A stretch of 64,000 nucleotides of DNA from an uncultured Methanosarcinales archaeon (GCA_964647565.1 CAZYIM010000007.1:20732-84731); one strand, 5' to 3'; counted from the stretch's first letter, positions 18,701 through 26,802 are shown. Notes: a model not told the origin generated them from the letters alone. Numbers and translations are program-made.

Positions 18701-20881
18701 TGATAATTGCACTGTATCAGTAGGTTTGAAGACAAATGCAGAGCTTCCTGATCGCTGCGTATCTACAAAGACATCAAGATTGCTGACCTGGAAGAAAGCT
18801 GTCCCTGTATCAACACTACCCTCATCATCTGTAACCTCTACTTCTGCTTCATAGAATCCTGAAGTCAGGCTTAAAGGTTCCAAGGAGAGATTGATCACTG
18901 GTTTTCCCTTGCTTCCTGTTGTTGCATTGACTACTGCATGTCCAGTAGAGGTAACATTCATACCCTCTTCGCTCACACTGTAGGTGGTGCCTGTTATTAT
19001 ATTGGTCAGACCAGTCAATTCGACTGTCAACTTGGAAGCAGCAACCTGCTGCCAGGCATCATTCATAACATTGACATGGAAATAGGCATTTGAATCAGAG
19101 GCAAACCTCCAAGCCCAATCCCAATTGGCACCTGTTTTTTTCTTGGTCTCAACCCAGATATCATACTTCTGGACGCAGACTTGCTCTTGAGTATAAGAGG
19201 TTCCATTGGCAGTCTCAACTTTCATTGTACAGACATAGCATCCACCGTCAGACGGCGCACTCATGTTTACACTTGAACCGTTATTTGTGGCATCACCACC
19301 ACTAAGCATATCATCTGTAACATCATTGCCGTCGCCGTCAACACAGCCTTCGACAGTGACCCTGTCTACAGAAGTCTCAAAGTTGCTTGACAGCCAGGCC
19401 TCAGTATCAAAGGTAAGGCTCTCGCCTGAGCGGACCTTCCATTTCATGTTCTCAAACCTGTCTTTTACAGATGCGGTCGAGAAAACACTCTGGACTGTGA
19501 TGTAGACAGTACCAGTTATGTAAGAGGTTGTTGTATTGACTCTTATCTTCAATTCATAGGTTCCACCAGTATTTGGCGTCACGAAATTGAGGAATTTGGT
19601 AAAGCCCTCGATTGTACTATCCGCCATGGTGCCAGTTGTGGGCAGATCTGCCAGGCAGTCCTTGCCGTCCTTCTTGCAGGATATGATATCTGCGTCTGTT
19701 ATCTGGCTGCTGACATAGGAGTCGCCTGTTGCCAGATCAACTACATTGATGCCTACTGTAACATTATCATTCTTGAGAAAAGCTGTGATATCCTTATTTG
19801 CGAATATTGGTTCCAGTTCAAGATCAAGGCTATTGATAATCATGAATTTCTTCTGGGTCACAGACTGCGTCTTTGTGGCTGTGACTTCAACATAATAATT
19901 TCCGCTCTGCACTGAATTAAGCTTGTATGGCGTTGAGGTATAGACGCCATCGCTCTCAGTGAAATCAGAAGCACTAAAAGTATGCTGGGTTGTTCCTGAA
20001 GTATCTTCATTGTTGGACTTTAGTTGTGCAGAAATCTGGACACCAGAAACAGGTACAACGTTTCCGCCTGAACTCTCTTTTGTGATAATTACTTTTACGC
20101 TGACATTGTTAGCTGTGCTGAACTTATTGGTCTTAACATTCTTATCATTCAATAGGATGACATCAACATTGAAGTAAGGAACCTTGAACATTGCCATGGA
20201 CTTGCCGTTCTTGACATCAACCAGGTATTCACCATAGGCTGCAGCCTCATCTGGTACAGTGTAGATCACAGTTGCAGTACCATTGGTTGTTGTTAAGCCT
20301 GGCTGGTCAATGACTGGCGTTCCGTCTTCCCTGAAAACTATCAGAGGAACCTCTGCACCATCTGCAGGTGTCTTAGTGCCATTGGCATCAATATCATAGA
20401 CCTCTATTGTTATGGTGACATTGTCACCGATGTCATAGATATATTGATCAGTGTAAACTTGGTATTCTCTTTCTCCCTCAACAAAGAAGAAGGCAAAGCC
20501 CATTGTGGGCGGCATGGGGGGTATAGCGTTGCTCAGAAGTTGTACGATAGCAGTATATTGTCCAGAGGTGCTCGTACCAGTGAAATTGTCTGAGGTGAAC
20601 TTACCTTCAGCGTCTGTAAGCAGGGTGCCCTGCGCATTGACAGTCGTGCTTGAACCCGCCGGATTGCGGATAACAACAGATATATTACGATTCGCCAGAG
20701 GGCTGCCGCTACTGTCTAAGGCTAATCCTCCAACTGTGACAATGTCATCTGTCTGGAAGTGCATGGTCGGATTGATGTTGACCTGCACGCTGTCTGCCAT
20801 TACATAACTTCCTGCCAGTACAAAAACAATGCACAACAGAAACATGGTTTTGTTTAACAAATTGTTTGCTCTATACCTCAT
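6785..20881 (-). CDS. Giant multidomain surface protein (4698 aa): macroglobulin(MG)-like Ig repeats, Cys-rich repeats, DUF4215-like, DUF11-like, 7-bladed beta-propeller, S-layer-like C-terminus
   Basis: Uninterrupted 14.1-kb ORF with signal peptide and GAGGTG RBS. MG-type starts (TDQYIYDIGDNV, PDRPDYKPGDTV, LYQGDDATITV), CGD..EECDDG..DGC repeats, seven T(P/S)DGG..G..D.WL.K repeats and a duplicated ~170-aa C-terminal unit. Confidence 0.92.
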   Translation of the reverse strand: MRYRANNLLNKTMFLLCIVFVLAGSYVMADSVQVNINPTMHFQTDDIVTVGGLALDSSGSPLANRNISVVIRNPAGSSTTVNAQGTLLTDAEGKFTSDNFTGTSTSGQYTAIVQLLSNAIPPMPPTMGFAFFFVEGEREYQVYTDQYIYDIGDNVTITIEVYDIDANGTKTPADGAEVPLIVFREDGTPVIDQPGLTTTNGTATVIYTVPDEAAAYGEYLVDVKNGKSMAMFKVPYFNVDVILLNDKNVKTNKFSTANNVSVKVIITKESSGGNVVPVSGVQISAQLKSNNEDTSGTTQHTFSASDFTESDGVYTSTPYKLNSVQSGNYYVEVTATKTQSVTQKKFMIINSLDLELEPIFANKDITAFLKNDNVTVGINVVDLATGDSYVSSQITDADIISCKKDGKDCLADLPTTGTMADSTIEGFTKFLNFVTPNTGGTYELKIRVNTTTSYITGTVYITVQSVFSTASVKDRFENMKWKVRSGESLTFDTEAWLSSNFETSVDRVTVEGCVDGDGNDVTDDMLSGGDATNNGSSVNMSAPSDGGCYVCTMKVETANGTSYTQEQVCVQKYDIWVETKKKTGANWDWAWRFASDSNAYFHVNVMNDAWQQVAASKLTVELTGLTNIITGTTYSVSEEGMNVTSTGHAVVNATTGSKGKPVINLSLEPLSLTSGFYEAEVEVTDDEGSVDTGTAFFQVSNLDVFVDTQRSGSSAFVFKPTDTVQLSVTANFFNGTPVPNGSNVTVDKLLFISGKSPKVISTDKYTATTNTTAGGQTVVTVKPKSGQSLKKGDYLVFVKVDTGSVEEIREAWFMVKSFFVYAYTMPFYYAQPSVPTTIYGFVFDPDFNLIPNINISFEGFYDTQNFDLVEQIGASPTTTNAWGSFELNVNSTPAIEDVYVYVIDAFNPNTGEAEEYIDYLQIQKFSSLSCSFVDSDQSTVSPSSSVQYKITITNTDGTGVADQNVSITKFTDLESWTDKVATTTSSGTTNADGVATITVTAPSSIGRYRPIPSVNGEELSSDSYSAGMWPCELGVYQTEVEVQLQDSNGAQTTQFVPESNISVNFLLSNPGGGAVDMNELKLVQYTCLSPQCKVASPPPWVSELGAKKTSDFDTTNILRFTAPSKKGKYMLVTQAKDTDNNIKSIPVTFEIVGATFDYDVWLRTYGIDLGQTLVFGVNTGGDIKINVTGLTNIDTGQAVNIAGTEQSFSEGQEQNYTYDLSGLTQSGTFDVELCIYTGATCTNTSDQRVYTFNVYNNVFPWGRPFNPMGGYASGDTISLEVKLENNVGGAIAVADGDVYLQHIWNGPTDLASEFTVAVGDSPNAGWKLVNLTGFALDPGGYEAEVAIEYLGVNYTAMIHFYVKQYDLDLITSDGSSMDSPDFQPPRYSTGDNVDFNISGPADTDGKLYIFDADGWVRLDGLTADFTTDGTGFHQETMVFADGGPYVAIAAIPDLDSPMHVEAHYPFDIKSGFDVFFNWENMHTFIGNGENLTLEFTVYDVDGNPLNGGEINVTILQYFNPMNWNVLNDSVGITANDLVIGGDGVVSFSFNPQVALGEYEAEVAFNIGSNQVIRHVWFRISAGDFWAWPDRPDYKPGDTVNLFVNARNPDGSGISGQTMELEYVEWGNQTIDVSYLTTTTDTTDANGEAQLAFTIPPHLKGSFRAILNWTDQNEIRTVTVSSSSLWVDIYEITPWPYAAGDTLSLEVYVKEDDGTPVSGMSVNYTVRSESDNWNDIANGSAGDTDADGKATINYDLPADANGFYDLEIDIGNGAVTRWWGVMVSPFDVWMNVWGEVTGEDATYGDWELPTTANVVVSVDVNYQNGSAIAGANVTLIDVWQIGHNGPGTSVMSDITGITTDTSTDANGLAELRFGIANLTAGKDYDMEVQIQNGASTTMMRRWFRITATSWAVELTADPTLNDTSNYDVDSKGPGDLVFVSINVTGYDNKSELCLDRVQSLRDWRTHWIGQCLDYDALEAVSGAFTLNFSAPMDSGEYEAIVELRKQGDWGGWYPEKEKWLWFEVLGGAEADYQFDAWTENWNLWTGQNATVNVEIWNRQSWFNENETAICGNIEIAEIRDSETWDVVKTSGDLTQWLEYPTDPWGPPMTMLKWVVPSDLEAKEYMAKVWCEDLNIFRDTWFNIASFQPAMLMPENIMANQNVSFWLKVTYYNGSPLFNASVEWIELRNIWAGHMVERTFNLTGYTDANGEYIGEFQAPGHPSEYELVLEVSDGVDTQKIQRWFRIKGLNVDVDIDGQKKVLYQGDDATITVIASDALTGSPIDNARVELELRRHWFEGGAAQEEEEVNCSEKNTTVQCMPEEGCWWEEPNCLFLDSQCANYDGNEPECMNQEGWCWYDYGMDECHAVKTGGGFGGGGGGIREEKHTNYNGVATFDFSGENALKKGEYEVMVNVDAHEKGWFWTHKNFIVRKFNLTLNTGQLGFFPGDEIPVTITAFYTNGSPVGNEYAVSASLEESKFANMEEEMACMSKWSQDACNSTPGCSWEDHMMDGPEQGSPDCEPGGFCETDCSGCPGGSPCAVDCDTRCNECGGPEGTPDNTAPPSGGGGGSGGMCFLTDVMLDELPDVVAFDNGTVEFNLTIPLNASPGPVMLITDILDPNNCWFDEEHNGTECKMIEFLDGMILIYENGSSAFLTTVDNPIVQANEFVSININTSPANAAAYAIAPFAQHMRQSNGVVSMQEMMGGGPESGKEDFYGGETYLNPNIGGLTHFMVLARNRPGEYLTMVPIQDKGSGFMFNANFENMLALEYEVNSSAGECMRNTDCNDDDNSTWDVCVLMECVHNNVSAVSCTSDFECSNNASMGLYGICNWQGNCENVTGNCAEDSDCDDSNANTYDFCEHYECRSENATALECTQAANCLDTPPDHTAFCEAGRCVYLPDDHIGCSSDSDCAQGEWCDQMDHQCHSDMGGNCDCQTSANCTATPFGEDTIAECWCNCEYYDSSNIAWLYNWNKSSDAFGNWSAGVNWGWDGNEGADEAKPFGGSPGGDITTAYVANDSSYIYVQMETGGFEWHGGIPYCGGSYPSTDRGQINGQRYVVFYDTVPGGTCDATGADYKYEVRFRQSASYVNGTLYGCSAGVWQVVNASPSQANYSVVCDFGTIDFKVDKSLMAFNDPEQILLGVYMTNWTAYYSSWTMDWCDQNGCNPVNYYAANLSSTVDLVPNSGWQYTNDTGGWVPVMGGPGPGHEDVCGDSAITGGEECDDGDSPPESGDGCDSVCHEESGWTCTGEPSVCTEDAPSGGSGQNISVIKTKVMPNGMPWVNETIKFEINITNTGNTTFVGVPLEDTFNTSCLNYSWASPAPDTVDLANELLQWTDLTTNFGVNLTSGQSFIVLVNITANCSANNVTNMAWVDDPENATDYTGLWAEDTTMFDILTCGNANWTCDQWSMCLNGNQTCVGGWTDSNSCGGSYVGQNWMACAAPPTIEMNETYGGPWIDRGQALKQTPDGGYILAGESTSFPGTDYNFWLVKTDAAGNILWNSSIGGAANDRDAFGVTNTSDGGYAIVGYTESYGVDPPDELWIVKTNGSGIVLWNQSYGKLFPDAGYDIQETPDGGLIVAGYLRVDSTNVNDFWLLKTDENGTPLWNQTYGGTNNDIARALDQTSDGGFIMVGSTNSYGAGNDDIWLIKANSTGGHEWNYTFGGSNNDWGYDVQETSDNGFIISGYTTSYAAYGGSDFWLIKTDENGTHLWNVSIGTAGNEFGSYGIGQTSSGGFVLVGFSDSVLGAGSEDLLIVQTNSTGEVEWGLLWGYVPTENGYDVIVAEDNSVVIVGNTDSLGAGNEDFWLVKFSNGSAPSVPDVCGDGSPTGSEVCDDSNTVTETCGDGTIHSGSYCNNDCTAVLNLNEECDDSNTDNGDGCDSVCLNEAPQGPPVSTSGFLLNPQFRNFTISDETEFNATRSGIGLHQWMNNASLINLYCYTTDTTGSCDPVVDQPNVLHLMGSNDEELLGVIEQGVKLRSDCTYYNLTFEGRAGVDNTILVHVHNTTMGTLFNETATILNATGAAYGVYTFNMTQFNNYPGQTMMIEIWNTLDSNVWSHIRNLSLNAVCGQPAVTSAAWNLDVPLGTQLRDPGMFGSIVNNQDISEMIETVMNININGVNNDYNFSEDLVLNPGIAVETGLTFLPSDAWQERVFIPITVADLYYNPHFDDGLQNGNYISNTSPTEFILLPFLGKTLKIVGAPSDDSVTVELDNGSTKTYSHNDAFMGEDVTNPIWTWVLSGLDTQYMTLGTRWFLDVDDPDETENPAIQHPLYVGEEACTPGNYLCIKFDGLSSTDIITYDFEMSTQDLYALPGNPSPDVSSAKVLRFESVSNGNVGLIVGGKTTDEAYLYSDGSSLDIYYRDVGTSKAVFHRSLTTNADAVFFIDTGVTSIPIDIHWDTTNDNGTFIIVDSDQDIFLYFEEDPSNPGEFNYFGHSTSRTSITDDVLYGTRDISAWNQSTRTKDGHAIWTPWNWADTDRVRLNISVPVVNSYTLYTVDTVVESLYANGLDGSPLHAGESSLRISSNTTNTGISINGTITDKVYLYSSNFSIDVFYWDSVNNKAVFVTSLPTGGSNLFFLDPANMNLGVDVAWDPANDNGNISLPGGFETLDIYFEANTTWPARTRIDYFGHSPADTTTTNDIIYDTVDVSDWENDLPLDNGVILLDPLADQAADQCQLRVPADPTNFWADVSLYMNSTGGVW

Positions 20882-21035
20882 TTTTCAGAACACCTCTTAC
20901 TAGTTGGACTATCAATTTTTCAGAAAATCTATTGATTATAATATTACTATTAACCATAATCTCTATCTCCCTCTAATCATATTTACTTTACCTTCCCTCT
21001 TACTATCTAAGTATGTACTTAGCCATATTTATCCA

Positions 21036-21051
21036 TACTTATAAAGATTTG
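21036..21051 (-). promoter_or_regulatory. Putative archaeal BRE/TATA promoter of the giant-protein operon
   Basis: Minus strand CAAATC-TTTATAAGTA, ~155 nt upstream of the ATG at 20881. Confidence 0.5.
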
Positions 21052-21179
21052 TCTTAATTCAGGAGTTATAACTGCCATTTTTTCAGAAATTGTTTTTCAT
21101 GTGGATAAAAACCATTAAAAAAATACAAAAAAAATAGCCGTTTAACCATTTAGAAATGATGAAAAAGAAATAGTTATTG

Positions 21180-21554
21180 TTATTGTCGTTTTCCTACACT
21201 CTTAAACTCTAAGAATTGATATAGATGGTTATTTTCTAAATTATCAAAAGTGTCTAGTTCAAGATGTCCAATATCATCCAGATCTCCGTTGTAAATAAGG
21301 AGTTTCCTCCTGGTATCAATAATGACCTCTTTAGGATTCCCACCTAGAAATTCTGTCCTATGTTCATAAGGAAGCAACTCTTTAGCAGTCTTCCTAAACC
21401 ATTCTTTATATTGATATATTGTTGGTTTTGGAGTTTCATCCAGAAAATCCGATAACCTTTGGATTACATCATATACTTTGCCACCGTCATGAGTGGTCGA
21501 ACCATACAACGTATCTTTACCGATTCTTAGTTCAAGATTGCCTATAGTAGCCAT
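21180..21554 (-). CDS. Hypothetical protein (124 aa)
   Basis: Clean ORF with TTTATATA box ~25 nt upstream (leaderless-type). AT-richer than the flanking surface genes. Confidence 0.7.
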   Translation of the reverse strand: MATIGNLELRIGKDTLYGSTTHDGGKVYDVIQRLSDFLDETPKPTIYQYKEWFRKTAKELLPYEHRTEFLGGNPKEVIIDTRRKLLIYNGDLDDIGHLELDTFDNLENNHLYQFLEFKSVGKRQ

Positions 21555-21697
21555 ATTAAAAAGGTAACTCTAAGTAGTATATAAATATTAGGATATTCCA
21601 CTAGAAAAACGACTGAAAAACAACCAGCCACTACACAGATAATACCTTAGAATAATAAACCAATCCCTGGCGGCAGACGATGCAATAGAAAGTTATC

Positions 21698-21851
21698 AAT
21701 CCAGCCATTCATGGCGGCCAGACGGTCGTGCTTTGCACGCCCTGTAGGGGGTGTCTGTAGCACTTAGAAAAGCTTCATTTTTCTGGTGTCCCAGAAAGCT
21801 TTGTTTTCTAAGGAGAACAACCCACCCTCCTATCTGCGCCATGTCTGGATT
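21698..21851 (-). repeat. Intergenic fold-back element, copy 1 (conserved termini shared with 50377-50473)
   Basis: AATCCAG/CTGGATT and CATGGCG/CGCCATG terminal stems. Internal hairpins CGTGC-ttt-GCACG, CCCT-gt-AGGG, CTTAGAAAA...TTTTCTAAG and TTTCTGG-tgtc-CCAGAAA. Confidence 0.75.
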
Positions 21852-21906
21852 TCAAACTAATAGCCACACATTAAAAAAGAAATAATCTATCTCCATACCC
21901 TACTAC

Positions 21907-24900
21907 TTACTTAAACAGCTTCTTGATCTGCTTCTTGGACCAGCCCTTGGCCTTCAAAGCCTTGCTGATGTCTTTCTTAGAATATCCCTTGTCAAGTTGA
22001 TGCGCTACGAACTTCTCCAGCTCCTTCCTCTTAGCATCTGTCAAACCGACTTTAGCCTCTTTCTTGGCGTCTTTCTTAGTCTCTTTCTTAGTCTCTTTCT
22101 TCTTTTCTATCTTCTTCTCTTCTTTCTTATGTTTTTTCTTGCCTTTCTTTTCTGCTTTGTCAGCCTTATCAGGAGGAGGAGCCTTTTTGACATCCTTAGC
22201 CTCTGCTTTCTTGAGTTTCTTGGCAGATGTATGCAGAATGTCATCCACAACCTTAGCTTTCCATCCTTTGGCCACCAAAACATCTCTTATATGGGCGTGG
22301 TCGTGACCTTTCTCCATCTGGTGCTCAATAAAGGATTCAAGCTGTTTAATCTTGTTGTGAGGCATATGCACATTATGCTCAATTAACTCTTTCTCATCAA
22401 TCTTGAACTTCTTTTTATTCTGCCTAGCAGTAGCTAAGATCATCCACCATCCTACGATCAGCATGACCAATAATAGCACAAGCCATGGCCATAGCTCCTT
22501 GATCTTCTTGATAAAGACAGGAGGTACTGGCGGTTCAATTACATCATCACTTGGTCCACATAGGGAAGGCATGCCTGTACAACGCCAACCTGCCTCAATT
22601 GCGCATGCATCTGAGCAGCCATCTCCAGTCACCAAGTTGCCATCATCGCACTCTTCTCCTTCGCTGAGTATACCATCTCCGCAAACCAATAATGGAGCCA
22701 CTACTTCTTTGGTCTTGAGGCCGATTGCATAGTAGCTCAAGGCTTCTGAAGTTGCCATATAGTAGTAGAATGTATCATCTTCATCTACTAATGTAGTTGG
22801 CAATATATTCCATTTATTATCCTCAAACCTATAGAGCACTACATCTCCAGGTTCTGCTGCATATGAGCTCACCCAGACCTTTGCAACCTTGAAATATATC
22901 TTGGCAGATGAGATCTGGTCATCATCAAGGTTATCTTTTGTGATCTCAAGGTATTTGTAAGCCTTGTTAGCTTCAACATCAACTGGCGAAGCATCAAGCA
23001 GTGTGACAGTGATCTTGACATTTCTGGCCACCTTCTCGAAGACCACATCAATCTTGCTCACTGCCTTATTAGGATCAGTGACATCAAGGCTCTTGGTCTC
23101 TCCAGCCCTGACCAGGGTCCATACGTCTGGATCCGTGGCAGCACTACTTCCGCCACCACCTACAGTATCAGGTTCAATATATATACAAGCCCTGTTGTTG
23201 CCGCCGCCATAAACAGCACCGCAGCTGTTGGCATCTGTCCATCCAGTACAGCTTTGTATTCCATTTGATTGACAAGTATTCCATCCATCACAGGACCATG
23301 AAGGCGTACATGTTGAGTTAGTCTGGCTAAGAGCTGTATGGTTCAGACCCTCAACTACAAACTTGTTGATATCAGCATCATAGTTACAGATGTACTGTCC
23401 GAAATATGTTGCGCCGTCGCAAGGTATTATCATTTCTTCAGTTCCATTACATAGGGAAGATATCTCGCTGACAGAGGCAACCGGCTTATCCTTGACACAG
23501 ACCTTCTGCTTAGATGCGTCGATCCTGGTTATCCTTACTGTCTTGGTCTCTGACTGTCCAGTCAGGTTGATACCTGTTATCACAACCACAGACACACCTT
23601 CTCCTGTATCTGGGTCAACTACGATCTCTTCGTTGATTGTGACATTTGAAAGGTCCAGTTTGGTTGTATTTGCGAAAGTGAAGTTGAACTCAACAATTGG
23701 AACAGCCTCAGTCTGGTTAGTGGTCTCATTGATGACATTGGCCATGAACTCTATCTTTTTCTCACCAGCAAACTCCTGGCTTGTGTTGGTTGAGTTCTCA
23801 ACCCTGAATGTCAGGTTATCGATATTGGTGTCCACAAAGCTGACATTACCTAAGAGGAAGTCAACAGATTCGTTGATCGGATCATTATCAAAGTCAGCTC
23901 CCTGGTCTTCGTCGCAAGCATCTCCAATTGTATCTAGATCAGTATCTGCCTGTCCAGCATTGGCCACAAACTTACAGTTGTCAGCATAATCTGAGACACC
24001 GTCGCCGTCAGAGTCCCTGACATCAGTCGCAGTTAGGTTCCAGGTCTGGGTTGTAGTGTCAATACCATCAGTTACCTCAGCAATGATCGTGTAGGTTCCA
24101 GCAGATAGTGAGTCTGGCACCATGTTGAACCAGCCTCCTGTGCTGTTATAGGCAGTTGCATCTTCTCCCTTCCTTACAAACCACTGTGCCTGGGCAGTAT
24201 TGTCGCCCTGCGCATCCGTAAAGGTTACACTGTAGTTGATGGTCTGGTCTTCTCTTATTGTTGTTGCCAGATCCTGAGTTGCAGCGGCTGCACCAACCTT
24301 GCTTGAGAAGTTGGTGATGACCGGAGCAGCATTGGTGTTGTTGATGAACGCATTGAAGGTCTCGCTGTCCCAGCTATTGCCGTCTGTTACATTGATTATG
24401 ACATTGTTATGCCAGCCTATGGTCTCGCCGGAAGTGATCCTGACAGTTGCGCTTGCAACTGCATCGTTAGTTACAGTTAAGTTAGCCAGAGTACTAGCGC
24501 TCTGTACAGCAAATGTAAGGTTGGCGTCCTCTTCATCAACTGCGCTGACTGTGTAGGCATTGAGTGCAGTGTTGATGCCTGTCAGGCCGCCTATTGGATT
24601 AAGTACCGGTGCATCATTGACTGGATTGATGGTCAAGGCAAAGACATCGCTGTCAACACCGCCTCTTCCGTCGTATACACTCACTCTTATATTATAGGTG
24701 CCGTTCTGGTTGTTCACAGGTGTGAAGTTAATCACTCCCTGGCCATTAACAGTTGTGATCGTAAATAGTGTGCTATTGGTTCCAAAGGTCAATGGATCTC
24801 CATTGCCATCTGTTGCATTTGCAATGTGCACAAAGTTAGTATCCTCAGTTGCAGTCCTGTCTGCCACAGTTCCAATCACAGGAGCTACGTTGGCAGGTGT

Positions 24901-26073
24901 TGCATTCAAGGTGAAGACAGCATCGCTGTCATCCAAGGCCATAAAGCCGTTGTTGTCTGTTGCATACACCCTGACTTCTGCATCAGTTGCATTGACATTT
25001 GGTATGGTCCATGCATATGTGCCATCATTGCTCTCATTCTGAGCAACCAATACCCAGCCAGTGCCATTGTAGAAGCGTATTATAATAGAGTCAGCTAATA
25101 CGCCGCTTGGATCCGTAGCAGTCCAGAGGATATTCTGAGTTGAGTTGAAGACCCAGTGCTCTCCACCGTTTGGTGAGATCACTGCGACAGTAGGTCCTGA
25201 ATTATCAATAGTAATATTCTCATTGGTTGATGATGCATTGCTGCCATCAGATGTAAAGGCAACTGCTCTTATATAATAGGTGCCATCAGCAATTCCTGCA
25301 GAGTTGAATGTATAGCTACTGTTGACAACAGTGTCAGTTCCAATGGTTGCCCAGCTCACATTGTCTGTTGAATACTGGAAGGTCACATTGATGACTGATG
25401 CGCCAGCAGTGTAGTTAGCTTCATAGTTGCCAAAGACAGTCTCATCATCTGCAGGCCTGGTTAACACAATGAACACAGATCTTGCCACATCAAAACTTGA
25501 TGAGCTTTCTGTCTTATATTGCCTGTGTACTCCGTTTCCAAATGCCTCTGCATAGAAATCAGCATTATAGTCGCCATTTATTGGTTCAGAAGAATTGAAG
25601 TTCCATACGATTGTAAATTTCAGTTCATCAAGGACAGCAGTTTCATATCCATATCCGTATCCTGTTCCAAAACTGGTATTCTGATATATATAGGGGCCTG
25701 TTCCATCGCTTGAATATCCATAGCCCCAACTTAGGCCTGAGCTGCCCATTGGAACATTGACTGGTGTGATTACAAGGTTCTCACAGCCAGAGATGACTGT
25801 GCCATTAAAATAGAATGTGCAGGTCTTGTTGACAGGACCCACGATCTCAAGAGTCAAATTATTGACAGGCACCCTCTCACCATTTTCTATATTCATAGTG
25901 ACATTCATGGTCAGAGAAGTGTCAGATGGTGTGACGCTTGAAGTGGAAAGATCTATAGTCAAGACAATGGCTTTTACAGGTCCAGAAATTAGAAGAAGGG
26001 TTATTACCAATAGAGTCACTGCAAGACTGATAATGCTTTTCTTGTTGATTATATGATGTTTTCTATCACTCAA
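21907..26073 (-). CDS. Membrane-anchored surface protein (1388 aa) with cadherin-like/Ig repeats, thrombospondin type 3 repeat, PGF-pre-PGF domain, DUF4215-like repeat, TM helix and cytoplasmic tail
   Basis: TTG start with GGTGA RBS. N(V/D/A)APV repeats, [35 protein letters not shown], and [14 protein letters not shown]...[35 protein letters not shown] and a Lys-rich tail with two helical modules. Confidence 0.9.
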   Translation of the reverse strand: MSDRKHHIINKKSIISLAVTLLVITLLLISGPVKAIVLTIDLSTSSVTPSDTSLTMNVTMNIENGERVPVNNLTLEIVGPVNKTCTFYFNGTVISGCENLVITPVNVPMGSSGLSWGYGYSSDGTGPYIYQNTSFGTGYGYGYETAVLDELKFTIVWNFNSSEPINGDYNADFYAEAFGNGVHRQYKTESSSSFDVARSVFIVLTRPADDETVFGNYEANYTAGASVINVTFQYSTDNVSWATIGTDTVVNSSYTFNSAGIADGTYYIRAVAFTSDGSNASSTNENITIDNSGPTVAVISPNGGEHWVFNSTQNILWTATDPSGVLADSIIIRFYNGTGWVLVAQNESNDGTYAWTIPNVNATDAEVRVYATDNNGFMALDDSDAVFTLNATPANVAPVIGTVADRTATEDTNFVHIANATDGNGDPLTFGTNSTLFTITTVNGQGVINFTPVNNQNGTYNIRVSVYDGRGGVDSDVFALTINPVNDAPVLNPIGGLTGINTALNAYTVSAVDEEDANLTFAVQSASTLANLTVTNDAVASATVRITSGETIGWHNNVIINVTDGNSWDSETFNAFINNTNAAPVITNFSSKVGAAAATQDLATTIREDQTINYSVTFTDAQGDNTAQAQWFVRKGEDATAYNSTGGWFNMVPDSLSAGTYTIIAEVTDGIDTTTQTWNLTATDVRDSDGDGVSDYADNCKFVANAGQADTDLDTIGDACDEDQGADFDNDPINESVDFLLGNVSFVDTNIDNLTFRVENSTNTSQEFAGEKKIEFMANVINETTNQTEAVPIVEFNFTFANTTKLDLSNVTINEEIVVDPDTGEGVSVVVITGINLTGQSETKTVRITRIDASKQKVCVKDKPVASVSEISSLCNGTEEMIIPCDGATYFGQYICNYDADINKFVVEGLNHTALSQTNSTCTPSWSCDGWNTCQSNGIQSCTGWTDANSCGAVYGGGNNRACIYIEPDTVGGGGSSAATDPDVWTLVRAGETKSLDVTDPNKAVSKIDVVFEKVARNVKITVTLLDASPVDVEANKAYKYLEITKDNLDDDQISSAKIYFKVAKVWVSSYAAEPGDVVLYRFEDNKWNILPTTLVDEDDTFYYYMATSEALSYYAIGLKTKEVVAPLLVCGDGILSEGEECDDGNLVTGDGCSDACAIEAGWRCTGMPSLCGPSDDVIEPPVPPVFIKKIKELWPWLVLLLVMLIVGWWMILATARQNKKKFKIDEKELIEHNVHMPHNKIKQLESFIEHQMEKGHDHAHIRDVLVAKGWKAKVVDDILHTSAKKLKKAEAKDVKKAPPPDKADKAEKKGKKKHKKEEKKIEKKKETKKETKKDAKKEAKVGLTDAKRKELEKFVAHQLDKGYSKKDISKALKAKGWSKKQIKKLFK

Positions 26074-26162
26074 AAACTGCTCACCTACTTACTGAGGACA
26101 CACCCCTTTTTTGACTAAATCTCTTTTTTTAACAGATCTGTTTTCCACTATTAAACTATAAA

Positions 26163-26180
26163 TATTTTATAAACTTTTCG
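26163..26180 (-). promoter_or_regulatory. BRE/TATA promoter
   Basis: Minus strand CGAAAAG-TTTATAAAATA upstream of the 1388-aa gene. Confidence 0.6.
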
Positions 26181-26229
26181 ATTTGGAAAAAATCTGTTTT
26201 TTACCAAAAAGTGAAGAACGATTGTCACA

Positions 26230-26769
26230 TTAATCAGTGACGTTGCTTTTCTGCCTGTTTTCATCTGTAATCATATAAGACAACATCCCAATTAAAAGGG
26301 CCGAAACAACACCAATTAAATATGCCAGCCAGCCCAATTGTATCACCTTCAAAAAGATGAAAGCACCGCCGACAACACTGACCAGGACCAGCTGCCAAAG
26401 CTTGACTTTTTCATCCATCTTTTTTCCTGGCAACAGGATGACTAGAAAACCAAAGACCAGCACAGCGATCAGCAGATAGTTAAGGTTGAAGAACTCGACT
26501 GGTTTGAACTCATTGACAAAAAGCAGCACTATATATAAGAAAAGCAGGATCTTGAAGATGGTCTCTGAAATCGATGAAATGATTCTCAATCCTTTTTTTC
26601 TGCTCAGAAAAAATAACAGCAACACCAGAGTTACCATGGCCGAACCATAGACGATCCAACCATAATAGCCTACCTTGACAAACACTGTAAGAAAAGAGAG
26701 AAAAACCAAGACTAAGAATGCCACTAGAAGAATCGAGATAATCTGTCTTCTTGTTTTTCTGTAAAGCAT
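26230..26769 (-). CDS. Hypothetical multi-pass membrane protein (179 aa, ~6 TM)
   Basis: Six hydrophobic segments, TATA ~25 nt upstream. Confidence 0.8.
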   Translation of the reverse strand: MLYRKTRRQIISILLVAFLVLVFLSFLTVFVKVGYYGWIVYGSAMVTLVLLLFFLSRKKGLRIISSISETIFKILLFLYIVLLFVNEFKPVEFFNLNYLLIAVLVFGFLVILLPGKKMDEKVKLWQLVLVSVVGGAFIFLKVIQLGWLAYLIGVVSALLIGMLSYMITDENRQKSNVTD

Positions 26770-26802
26770 TGTAAAGATTAAGACACAGAGAGTATAAAAA
26801 CT

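Noticed and set aside
6785..20881. Functional alpha-2-macroglobulin protease inhibitor
   Set aside because: No CxEQ thioester motif or recognisable helical TED domain; only MG-like repeats.
19..26056. Dozens of plus-strand ORFs (60-200 aa) in the ORF track
   Set aside because: They are antisense shadows of the long minus-strand surface genes (Val/Ser/Leu-rich mirror translations) without RBS, promoter or motifs.
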